Below, piece by piece: positions 1-8,529 of a DNA stretch of 64,000 bases. The notes beneath the pieces are model-generated. The model was not told the DNA's origin. It saw only the letters and a program-made list of their open reading frames with translations, and did no database searches. The stretch is from Candidatus Woesearchaeota archaeon (GTDB lineage Archaea > Nanobdellota > Nanobdellia > Woesearchaeales > SKGA01). The position numbers and the translations under genes are program-made. The stretch covers positions 551 through 64,550 of the forward strand of contig JBKHAG010000002.1 of assembly GCA_046543005.1 (NCBI GenBank), in the 5' to 3' direction. Position 1 is the stretch's first letter, and each line of letters starts with the position of its first letter.

Positions 1-1
1 T

Positions 2-568
2 CATTTTGTTGGAGATATAATGTATGACGCGGTTAAAGACTTTTCTAACACTCAAACAAACATTTTAGAAAAATATTCATTAGAAAAAGAAAAATACATA
101 TATTGCACTATTCATCGAGCACAAAATACTGATTCTAAAGAAAAACTACAAAACATCTTTGATGCATTAGTTAAAAGTGACGAGCAAATAATAATACCCC
201 TACATCCTCGAACAAGAAAAAAATTAGAAGAATTCAAATTATTTTCAAAGTATGAAAATAAAAACATTCTTTTTTTAGAACCAATAAATTATTTTGAATC
301 TTTAGAACTAACAAAAAACGCTAAAAAAATAGTTACAGACTCAGGAGGAGTTTTGCGTGAAGCATATTTCTTACAAAAAACATGCATTGTTGTAAGAGAC
401 TCAATAGAATTTGTAGAAATGATAAAAGACGAAGAAGGAATTTTAGTTGGTTCTGATAAAGAAAAGATAATTACTGCGATAAAAGAATTCAAAGCAAAAG
501 GAGAATTTAAAAATTACTTTGGAAACGCAACAACAGCAAAACAAATAGTAAAAGTGTTAAGAAGATGA
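2..568 (+). CDS. UDP-N-acetylglucosamine 2-epimerase, C-terminal part (gene runs off the window start)
   Basis: The reading frame is open from the first base of the window. HPRT and VTDSGG(V)LREA motifs match the WecB/MnaA C-terminal half. Confidence 0.65.
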   Translation, partial: HFVGDIMYDAVKDFSNTQTNILEKYSLEKEKYIYCTIHRAQNTDSKEKLQNIFDALVKSDEQIIIPLHPRTRKKLEEFKLFSKYENKNILFLEPINYFESLELTKNAKKIVTDSGGVLREAYFLQKTCIVVRDSIEFVEMIKDEEGILVGSDKEKIITAIKEFKAKGEFKNYFGNATTAKQIVKVLRR

Positions 569-1668
569 AAGAGAGAAAACTAATAATACTAGCTCCAGAA
601 TACGACCGATTCATAAAAGGATCGGGCGAAGAACTAGCGAATTATTTTGACAACATACTTGTGATAATACCTAAATGGAAAAAAATATTTGGGAAAACTA
701 TTTTTCAAACAATTAACAAAAAAAATTTCACAGATAAAAAAAATGTGAAAATAATAACTATAAAAGTTTCTGCAAATATAGGACTTGCAAAAAATAAAAT
801 TAAAAAAATAATAAAAAAAGCAAGATATGAAAATGCAGAAATACTATCACACTTTCTCGTACCTTATGGCGCTCTTGGTAATTTAATTAATAAAGAAAAA
901 AACACAATAATAGGACATGGATTCGACATATATAAATTTCCTCAAAAAAATTTTTTATGTAAATTAATTGCAAAAAATATAATGAAAAAATGTAAAAAAA
1001 TAATCACTGTTTCTTATGCGAATTTAAAACACATTAAAAAATTAGGTTTTAAAGGAAAAACCATTGTTATCCCAAATGGATTTAATTCTGAAAAATTCAA
1101 ACCCCTTAAAAATAAAAATAAATTAAAAGAACAATTACATATTCCTAAAGACAAAAAAATACTTCTCCACGTGGGAAATTTAGTTCCTGTGAAAAATCAT
1201 AAAAACCTCATTAAAGCAATAAACGAATTACGAAAAGAAAGACAAGACTTTATTCTTTATTGTGTTGGAGGAGGAGTTGAAGAAAAAAATATAAGAAATC
1301 AGTTTAAAAATCTAAAATTAAAAAAATATGTTAAACTAATAGGTGTCAGACCCCATGATGAAATCCCGAAATGGATGAATGTGGCTGATTTGTTTGTTTT
1401 ACCCAGTTATATTGAAGGAAACCCAACAGTGATGTTTGAATCATTAGCATGCGGAACGCCATATGTAGGAACAACCGTTGGAGGGGTGGGAGAAATCATA
1501 ACTTCTGATGAATATGGCCTATTATATAAAAATCCAAATAATTATAAAAAATTAAAAGAATTGATAAACAAAGGACTAAATAAAAAATGGAATAAAAAAG
1601 AAATTCTAAGTTACTCAAAAAAATATACTTGGAAAAACATAACAAAAAAACTAAGTGAAGAATTATGA
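565..1668 (+). CDS. Family 1 (GT4-type) glycosyltransferase
   Basis: C-terminal EGNPTVMFESLACGTPYVGTTVGG motif, typical of GT4 retaining glycosyltransferases. Its start overlaps the upstream gene by 4 nt, indicating an operon. Confidence 0.8.
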   Translation: MKERKLIILAPEYDRFIKGSGEELANYFDNILVIIPKWKKIFGKTIFQTINKKNFTDKKNVKIITIKVSANIGLAKNKIKKIIKKARYENAEILSHFLVPYGALGNLINKEKNTIIGHGFDIYKFPQKNFLCKLIAKNIMKKCKKIITVSYANLKHIKKLGFKGKTIVIPNGFNSEKFKPLKNKNKLKEQLHIPKDKKILLHVGNLVPVKNHKNLIKAINELRKERQDFILYCVGGGVEEKNIRNQFKNLKLKKYVKLIGVRPHDEIPKWMNVADLFVLPSYIEGNPTVMFESLACGTPYVGTTVGGVGEIITSDEYGLLYKNPNNYKKLKELINKGLNKKWNKKEILSYSKKYTWKNITKKLSEEL

Positions 1669-2756
1669 AAATAAAAAAAGAAATAGCAGGATTAAATTTT
1701 GAAATAGTATATGATAAAACTAGAAAATATTCTAAAAATTTAGAAAAAGAATTGAAAATTTATTCTAATAGTGAAGAAAAAGAAATAATAAAAATATATA
1801 TAGATACAAAAAAAGAACCAGAAACAGTCATGAATAATCCAAGCATCCAATTCAGTTCAGAAAATATTTTTGGAATAGAAACCACTTTTATGAAAATATA
1901 TTGGATAAAAGAAAAAGAAAAGATAAAAGAAATAATAATAAAAACAAAATACAATAAAGTAAATTATTTAATGAATTTAGCACATTATTTTGCAGGAAAA
2001 GATTTAGAAAAACCAATAAATCTAATTACAAAACAATTACACGAATTAGTTTTTATTCCCACAATTTTTTTTGAAGAAAATAAAACATTGTTTCATGGAT
2101 CTTGTATTAAAAAAAACAATCAAACAATCTTAATTGGAGGAACAGGAGGAGTAGGTAAAACATCTGCACTTCTAAGCCTAAACGGTAAAAAAACATATTT
2201 TTTAGCAGATGATATGACTATTATCAAAAAAAATAGAAACATAGAACCCAATTTTGCGTATCCAAAAATTTATGCATATAATCTAATAGGAAATAGAAAG
2301 TTAAAAAAAGAAACATTAAATAAAACAAACATCCTGAAAAAAATAGCATTTAATATTCTTTCAAAAATAAGTAAAGATATGGTTAGAAAAAGAGTAAATC
2401 CAAAAAAATTATTTCTTACAACAAACAATAGTTCAAAAATAAATAAATACATAATTTTAAGTAAAGGTTCACAAAGTAAAATAACAAAAGAAATAATAAA
2501 TACAGATATAGCTACAAACAACACTTGGAGAATAATTGAAACAGAATATAGTCAATTTATAAATCATTTAAAATGGCACGCATTTAATTGCGAAATAGAT
2601 AATATGAAAAATAATTTTGATTATGCAAAAATTAAACAACAAAAACTATCTATAACAAAAAATATTCTTAAAAATACTGAAAATGTATTAGTAAAAATTC
2701 CAGAAAAAATAAAACATGAAAAATATTTAAAAGAAATAAAAGAAATACTAAAATGA
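1665..2756 (+). CDS. HprK-like P-loop kinase-domain protein (hypothetical)
   Basis: HGSCI..ILIGGTGGVGKTSALLSL..YFLADDMTII resembles the C-terminal kinase domain of HPr kinase/phosphorylase (GxSGxGKS P-loop followed by ADD). It is translationally coupled to both flanking GT genes. Confidence 0.45.
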   Translation: MKIKKEIAGLNFEIVYDKTRKYSKNLEKELKIYSNSEEKEIIKIYIDTKKEPETVMNNPSIQFSSENIFGIETTFMKIYWIKEKEKIKEIIIKTKYNKVNYLMNLAHYFAGKDLEKPINLITKQLHELVFIPTIFFEENKTLFHGSCIKKNNQTILIGGTGGVGKTSALLSLNGKKTYFLADDMTIIKKNRNIEPNFAYPKIYAYNLIGNRKLKKETLNKTNILKKIAFNILSKISKDMVRKRVNPKKLFLTTNNSSKINKYIILSKGSQSKITKEIINTDIATNNTWRIIETEYSQFINHLKWHAFNCEIDNMKNNFDYAKIKQQKLSITKNILKNTENVLVKIPEKIKHEKYLKEIKEILK

Positions 2757-3901
2757 AAAAGATATTATTTGTTTATGATAAAAATATAAATTTGAACAAA
2801 ATAAGTGTTTTATATCAAACGCCAAAAATTTATTCAGAAAATGGTTTTGACGTTCACGTTATTTGTGAAAAACCAATCAACAAAAAATTAAAGAATAAAT
2901 GTAAAAACGTAAGATTCAAAACATATTCACCCGCTAGATTAAATAAAAAAATAACAAACAAATACCTATTATTCTTAAAATTTAAAATTGAAGACCGCAT
3001 AAATAGAAACAAACTAAAGAAAAAAATAAAAAAAGAAAATTTCGATATAATATATCTGATGGGGGTTAATTCAATTCTTGCAGGAAAAAAAATAAAAGAT
3101 AAACAAAAAGTACATCGTTTTTTTGGTACATGGGACCTTTACGAATCAATAAAAAAGAACAAAAAAAAGCGAATTCTATATTTTGAAACGATAAAGGCTA
3201 TGGGCTTAAAAAATAATTTAACAATATTAACTAACGATGGGACTGATTCAGATAAAATTTATAATATTAAAAACAAAGGAAAATATCTTTTTTTAATAAA
3301 CGGAGTAGATAACAAAATATCAAAAAAGAAAAAAAGAAAAAAAGAAAAAAAGAAAAAAATATTTCTAGGAATCAGTAGATTAGTAAATATAAAAAAACCA
3401 GAAAAGTTAATTTATATCGCAAAAGAATATAAAAAATTAAATAAAAACTTTAAATTAATAATTCTGGGCGATGGCCCTGAAAGAAAAAAACTAGAAAAAA
3501 TAATCAACAAAAAAAAATTAGAAACCGAAGTTATTTTAAAAGGAAAAGTTGATAACGAAGTAGTCCAAAATTATTTAAATCAGGCAGATTTAATAATATC
3601 GACATACGATGTTAGTAATTTGGGAAATCCTTTTTTAGAAGCTATGAATGCAGAAAAGCCAATTTTTACTTTTGAAAACAATGAGCTTAAAAAAATAATA
3701 AAGCATAAAAAAAACGGATTTATCTATGAAAACAAATCTTCAAATTATAAAGTAATTGCTAAAGATATAAATAAATATCTTGAAAATAATAAATTTCAAG
3801 AAGAAATGAAAAAAAATATAAAAAAAACAAAAAAAGAGATAATTATTACCTGGGAAGAAAGAATAAAAAAAGAAATTAAAGAAGTCAAAAAATTATTATA
3901 A
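2753..3901 (+). CDS. Family 1 (GT4-type) glycosyltransferase, lysine-rich
   Basis: C-terminal GNPFLEAMNAEKPIFTFEN motif (E-x7-E GT4 signature region). It contains an (A7G)n simple-sequence tract encoding KKKKRKKEKKKK. Confidence 0.7.
   Translation: MKKILFVYDKNINLNKISVLYQTPKIYSENGFDVHVICEKPINKKLKNKCKNVRFKTYSPARLNKKITNKYLLFLKFKIEDRINRNKLKKKIKKENFDIIYLMGVNSILAGKKIKDKQKVHRFFGTWDLYESIKKNKKKRILYFETIKAMGLKNNLTILTNDGTDSDKIYNIKNKGKYLFLINGVDNKISKKKKRKKEKKKKIFLGISRLVNIKKPEKLIYIAKEYKKLNKNFKLIILGDGPERKKLEKIINKKKLETEVILKGKVDNEVVQNYLNQADLIISTYDVSNLGNPFLEAMNAEKPIFTFENNELKKIIKHKKNGFIYENKSSNYKVIAKDINKYLENNKFQEEMKKNIKKTKKEIIITWEERIKKEIKEVKKLL
3321..3360 (+). repeat. Simple sequence repeat, about five 8-nt units of AAAAAAAG, inside the GT4 coding sequence
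   Basis: Read directly: caaaaaagaaaaaaagaaaaaaagaaaaaaagaaaaaaat. Confidence 0.8.
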
Positions 3902-4018
3902 TCCAATTCTTCTCATAGTTTAAACCGACTAAACTAATATTTTTCTATACAGTTTAAAGAATAATTTTTCCTATTTCTGCATAATTAGGACCATTAAATT
4001 CCCAGAATTTAAAAAAAA

Positions 4019-4297
4019 CTAACCTTCATAAAATTTAATTAATTCATCATATAAGTCATCAGATTTTTTAAAAATTATTTTTCTCATTAAAAGAGAAACG
4101 ATCAACAGTATGATTGTTAGTCCTAAAAAAATCAAATAACCAACACCTCCATTTCGTAGAGATAATTCTAAACCAAGTAAAGTCGTAGCGACTGCTAAAA
4201 AAGCCAAACATAAATTAAAATAATTTTTATCTTTTTCCAAAGTATGAGAATAGTTTAGTTTTAGTTTTTCAAGGCGGTTTTGTTTTAAGTTTTCCAT
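4019..4297 (-). CDS. Small membrane protein with two predicted TM segments (hypothetical)
   Basis: Hydrophobic segments LCLAFLAVATTLLGL and LIFLGLTIILLIVSLL. Abuts the oxidoreductase gene on the same strand. Confidence 0.35.
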   Translation of the reverse strand: MENLKQNRLEKLKLNYSHTLEKDKNYFNLCLAFLAVATTLLGLELSLRNGGVGYLIFLGLTIILLIVSLLMRKIIFKKSDDLYDELIKFYEG

Positions 4298-4299
4298 TT

Positions 4300-5271
4300 T
4301 TAATAACCTTTAATTTTTTTAGTCACTGGGTGGTATTGGTTGTTATCAAAGGCTTTTTGCTCAGGCATAAAGCGAAGTTTTTCCACAAGAGATATTGCGT
4401 TTCTCGTATCTTCTATAGTGTATCCTTTCCCGTTTAGTATGGATTGGTATACTTTTGTATGCAAGTCAGTAAATCCTTTTGAAAAGTCAAACTCTTCGTT
4501 ATTAATTGAAAGCGCGCGGTATGCTTTAGTCGTATGTTTACCTAGTGTTTTTAGATCATTTCTATCAACTGAAAGATACCACCTAACATTTGCTTTTTCT
4601 AAAGATAAAAATCCCGCCATTTTATGTTTTGGATCGTTAAGGTGTAGTTCTGCGTATTCTGGTTTTCCAAAAATCCACGTCAGCATATCAAAAAAATGAA
4701 CACCTATATTTGTCGCTACCCCTCCAGATTTTTCTATATCTCCTTTCCAAGAGTAATCATACCATTTTCCTCGCGGAGTTATATAATGTAAATCAATATT
4801 GTGCTTTTGCACAGAAGATTTTGAATCAACTTTCTTTTTCAAATCCAAAATAGCTTGGTGCTCTCGCAGTTGTAAAATAGTATAAATAGTGCCAGGATAT
4901 CTATCTTGGACTTCTAAAAGGCCATCAATATTTTTTTCATTAAGCACTATTGGTTTTTCACAGATAACATCTGCATCATTTCTCAGTCCAAAGCGAATAT
5001 GTGAATCGTGTAAATAATTAGGCGTGCAAATAGACACAAAATCTATTTTTTTATTTTTTTCTTGGCGTAGTTTATCTACATGTCTATCGAATCGTTCAAA
5101 TTCTGTAAAAAAATCAACATCTTCAAAATATGAATCAATAACACCCACTGAATCAGAAGTATCCATAGCAGCAAGAAGTTCATTTCCAGTTTCTTTAATA
5201 GCTTTTAAATGTCTTGGAGCAATATAACCGCCTAATCCCAATAATGCAAAATTTTTTTTAGCCATAAACAT
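4300..5271 (-). CDS. Gfo/Idh/MocA-family NAD(P)-dependent oxidoreductase (sugar-nucleotide dehydrogenase-like)
   Basis: N-terminal Rossmann motif FALLGLGGYIAPRHLKAI and the family-typical length. Confidence 0.75.
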   Translation of the reverse strand: MFMAKKNFALLGLGGYIAPRHLKAIKETGNELLAAMDTSDSVGVIDSYFEDVDFFTEFERFDRHVDKLRQEKNKKIDFVSICTPNYLHDSHIRFGLRNDADVICEKPIVLNEKNIDGLLEVQDRYPGTIYTILQLREHQAILDLKKKVDSKSSVQKHNIDLHYITPRGKWYDYSWKGDIEKSGGVATNIGVHFFDMLTWIFGKPEYAELHLNDPKHKMAGFLSLEKANVRWYLSVDRNDLKTLGKHTTKAYRALSINNEEFDFSKGFTDLHTKVYQSILNGKGYTIEDTRNAISLVEKLRFMPEQKAFDNNQYHPVTKKIKGY

Positions 5272-5337
5272 AACCTCTAAAGAAGAGAAAGTTAAAAGGA
5301 TTTAAAAAACTACTGATGAATGGTATAAAAAGTAGTA

Positions 5338-5354
5338 TCCCGAAAATCTTTCGG
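5338..5354. terminator. Perfect 7-bp stem-loop cccgaaa-atc-tttcggg; on the minus strand it is followed by a T5 run
   Basis: Seen in sequence. On the minus strand it lies downstream of the flippase gene. Confidence 0.35.
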
Positions 5355-5652
5355 GTTTGGTTGCGTTGAGTTTATGAAGAGGGTTTTGTTTTAGCTTTGT
5401 ATGAGATTTGAGATAGTAAGTTTTTTTGGGAAGATAATTAACTTTTCATTTAGAAGAGTAGTGGCAGTTTATGGTAGAAAGTTTATTAGAGTTTCTTTTA
5501 GAGAATTCATCAAACATTATATTAAAAGACTCATCAAGAGTCTTATTAGAAGAGTTTTGTGTAATATTGTTCTTAGAGTAGTATATTGGTTAAGGCGCAG
5601 GTTAAAAAAGAAACGAGAAGTTTACCAAATTAGTTAATTGTTGATAAAAATA

Positions 5653-7197
5653 TTATTTTTGAGCACTTTTTTTCTTAGTTAATTTATGACCTATTACTTC
5701 AGAAAATAACAATAAACTGCCATACATAAGTACACTCGCACCTACGATTAAAAATAATTGTAAGTGAATGATGTAAGATATTAAAAACCACAATCCTGCA
5801 CTTGCTATGAGCGGTAGCCATAGTTTTTTAAGAAAATTAAACCTTAACATGTTCTTTTGAATATAAAAGTACATTATTACAAACATAAGCGCGTACGTTA
5901 TTGTTGTTGCAATTGCTGCTCCGTAGAGTGAATATTTTGGTATTAAGAGGATGTTAAACAAGATGTTTATTCCAGCGCCTATTCCTGCAATGATTGCGAA
6001 TTGTTTTTGTTTATCACACGCAGCCATGAATTGAGAAAGTAGTGTTGTTAAAAACACAAAGACTTGTGCAATAATAAGTATTTGAAATACTAAAGCGGTT
6101 TCAGGTGATTGAAAATCGTAGACAAATTCTATAATTCTTGATGATAAAAGCATTACACCAACTACTATTGGCAATAATAAAACCATAGAATAATATAATA
6201 ATTTTTCAAGAAGTTTTTGTAAATTCTTTTTACTTGTTTTATACAGTTTTGAAAATAAAGGAAAACCAAACGTGAGCAAGACCATAGGTATAACATTTAA
6301 TATGTTAATGAGTTTATACGCTGCGTTATACCATCCAGTCACTACGTCTCCTTGCATGAAGGAAAGAAATAAAGTGTCAATTCGCACATACACCGATGCA
6401 AAAGCGACTATTAAAATAAAAGGGTATCCTTGTTTGAATAAGTCTTTAAGAAACGGCCATTGTAAGCTAAACGCGTAGGTGAAGTGTTTTTTTGCAACCA
6501 GCCACAAGATAAGTGTTTTAATAACTTGTGAAGCAAATAAAACTATAACAAATAAAAATAATGAACGAAACAACCATAAAACTACAATACCAACAAGTAA
6601 AGCCACTAGGCGTTCAATAATGCTTGACCACGCTATTGTTTTTGCCTTGTGTTGCACGCGAAGAATATTTTTAAAAAATCTGCCGTAAGATGACGCAAGT
6701 GTTAACAATCCAACAACAAACAACGCAGAAATTAAATCATTTTTCCCAATAAAAAATATTGTGATTGCATACACTACAAAGGAAATAAGAAGTAATAAAG
6801 TTTTAAATGTTAAAATATTGGATACATATTTATCAACATCTTTAAAGTCTCGCGAAAGATCTCGCACCATAAGTGGCGACATTCCCCAGTCTGAAAAAAT
6901 AAAGAAGAATCCTACGAAGGCAAATAAGAAACTGTATTGTCCTAAGCCTTCTGCACCAAGTGTTCGCGAAAGCACTAAAATAATAATATAAGAAAGAATA
7001 TTTTCAACTGCTGTTGCTATTGCAACCATCCCAGTATTTTTCATATAAGAAAATCCCAGTCCTTGAGTTGGAATACCTAGTTTTGTAAGGATTGTCTTTA
7101 CAAGATTCATGAAGTCGTTAAACCTAACAGTATTTAAAAAAGCTTTGATAAATAGCGCGTTCTTCGCAAATTCTTCGAAAAATTCTCCTAAACACAT
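5653..7197 (-). CDS. Polysaccharide/oligosaccharide flippase (Wzx-like, MOP superfamily)
   Basis: 514 aa with more than 10 hydrophobic helices. Size and topology are typical of polysaccharide-biosynthesis flippases, and it sits in a glycosyltransferase locus. Confidence 0.75.
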   Translation of the reverse strand: MCLGEFFEEFAKNALFIKAFLNTVRFNDFMNLVKTILTKLGIPTQGLGFSYMKNTGMVAIATAVENILSYIIILVLSRTLGAEGLGQYSFLFAFVGFFFIFSDWGMSPLMVRDLSRDFKDVDKYVSNILTFKTLLLLISFVVYAITIFFIGKNDLISALFVVGLLTLASSYGRFFKNILRVQHKAKTIAWSSIIERLVALLVGIVVLWLFRSLFLFVIVLFASQVIKTLILWLVAKKHFTYAFSLQWPFLKDLFKQGYPFILIVAFASVYVRIDTLFLSFMQGDVVTGWYNAAYKLINILNVIPMVLLTFGFPLFSKLYKTSKKNLQKLLEKLLYYSMVLLLPIVVGVMLLSSRIIEFVYDFQSPETALVFQILIIAQVFVFLTTLLSQFMAACDKQKQFAIIAGIGAGINILFNILLIPKYSLYGAAIATTITYALMFVIMYFYIQKNMLRFNFLKKLWLPLIASAGLWFLISYIIHLQLFLIVGASVLMYGSLLLFSEVIGHKLTKKKSAQK

Positions 7198-7260
7198 TTT
7201 AAACTGTTTTTCCTATATACTGTACGTCACGCAACATATCGATCCACACGAGGTGTATAA

Positions 7261-7506
7261 ATGGGATTATCTAATAAAAAAGAAGAACAACTACGAAAAA
7301 TGCCTCTTATTCAGAGCACTTTTCAAAAAAGTAAAGATGGGCGCTACTTAGTCCATAAAACAACAATAACAACAATACGACCTATAGCTTATTTTGAAAA
7401 AGTTATTGAAAACGAAGGCAGTGTTGAAGACTGCGAAGTGCAACAACAACTCAAAGCCACTGATTTGATGATTGAACAAGGAAGCGAATTGTTAGCACAA
7501 GATTAA
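7261..7506 (+). CDS. Hypothetical small protein
   Basis: Intergenic ORF on the strand opposite its neighbours, followed by a hairpin plus T-run. No recognisable motif. Confidence 0.3.
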   Translation: MGLSNKKEEQLRKMPLIQSTFQKSKDGRYLVHKTTITTIRPIAYFEKVIENEGSVEDCEVQQQLKATDLMIEQGSELLAQD

Positions 7507-7516
7507 GTACACTATT

Positions 7517-7590
7517 ATGTGCTCTTGAGATTTCTTTTCTGCCACTAACCCCTCAAACAACAATTCTTAAGAGCACTTTTTATTTTTTTA
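7517..7590. terminator. Bidirectional terminator-like hairpin (gtgctcttgag ... cttaagagcac) followed by tttttatttttttaattc
   Basis: Imperfect 11-bp inverted repeat with a T-rich tract, between convergent genes. Confidence 0.4.
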
Positions 7591-8472
7591 ATTCTTTTTT
7601 ATCAAAGCAATAAAGAATCCTTGCGTGTTAGTTTTATGTGGCCAAAAACGTTTGGTTTTAGATAAAGAATCAGCGAATTGTTTACCCATTGTTTTTGTAT
7701 ACCCCTTATCACCTACGTCCAAATCAATGGTTTCAAGTGTAAGGTCTTTATGAGTTTGTAAGAATTTGTGAATTTGTTCTTCGTTTTCTTCTATTTCAAG
7801 CGAACATGTTGAATAAAGTATGTAGCCTCCTTTTTTAGTAACTAAATAAGCACTGTTAAGGAGTTGAGATTGTTCTTTTAATCGTGATTGTACATCAAGC
7901 AAAGTTCTTTTCATAAAGAAATCTTTTTGCACGCAAAAATTCCCACTACATGGTGCGTCAAGTAAGACCACGTCAAATTCTTGACCTAAATCATCAGAAA
8001 ATTTTGCATCTTTTTTATAGACAACAACGTTACTTGCACCTACTCGTTCAAGATTGTATATGAGTTTTTGAAGACGAGGAGCTTGATTATCTAAAGCAAC
8101 AATAGTTGCGTGAGAAAACACGTCTGCAAGTTGTGTTGTTTTTGAGCCCGGCGCAGCACACATATCCAAGATAAGAGGATTTTTAGGAAGACAAAGAGTG
8201 GATGCGACTTGTACAGGAAGTTGACTTGCCGCTTCTTGAATGTAAAAATATCCTGCTAAGTGTTGCGCAGTTGATGAAAGAGATTCTGAACTAATAACTT
8301 CATATCCTTTATCCAAATAAGGGATTTTTTTAAGCACAATACCTTTTTTTTCAAGTTGTGAAAGTATTTTTTTTTCATCAGCTTTAGTAGTAATACGAAT
8401 AGCTTGAGGAATAGTTATATCTTGTGGGTCAAATTCTTCTCCCCAGTTTTTATATCGTTGTAAAAGGTTCAT
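7588..8472 (-). CDS. NOL1/NOP2/Sun-family RNA (cytosine-C5) methyltransferase
   Basis: Motifs DMCAAPGSKTTQLA (SAM binding), DAPCSGN and TCS (catalytic cysteines). Confidence 0.85.
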   Translation of the reverse strand: MNLLQRYKNWGEEFDPQDITIPQAIRITTKADEKKILSQLEKKGIVLKKIPYLDKGYEVISSESLSSTAQHLAGYFYIQEAASQLPVQVASTLCLPKNPLILDMCAAPGSKTTQLADVFSHATIVALDNQAPRLQKLIYNLERVGASNVVVYKKDAKFSDDLGQEFDVVLLDAPCSGNFCVQKDFFMKRTLLDVQSRLKEQSQLLNSAYLVTKKGGYILYSTCSLEIEENEEQIHKFLQTHKDLTLETIDLDVGDKGYTKTMGKQFADSLSKTKRFWPHKTNTQGFFIALIKKN

Positions 8473-8529
8473 GTATTCACCAAAATTTTTTGTAATAAAA
8501 TAAGTAAGACAAAGTAATTACAGCAATAA

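Noticed and set aside
5401-5637. R/K-rich 78-aa ORF in the long intergenic region.
   Set aside because: Extreme basic low-complexity composition with no motif. It more likely reflects the repeated AGAGT-type DNA motif than a protein.
289-7506. Numerous 60-120 aa ORFs in the track lying antisense to or overlapping the glycan-locus genes (e.g. 289-492, 1760-1954, 2270-2524, 4340-4699, 5024-5227, 6272-6991, 7109-7351).
   Set aside because: They sit opposite well-supported conserved genes and have low-complexity, hydrophobic or skewed composition typical of antisense reading of AT-rich coding DNA.
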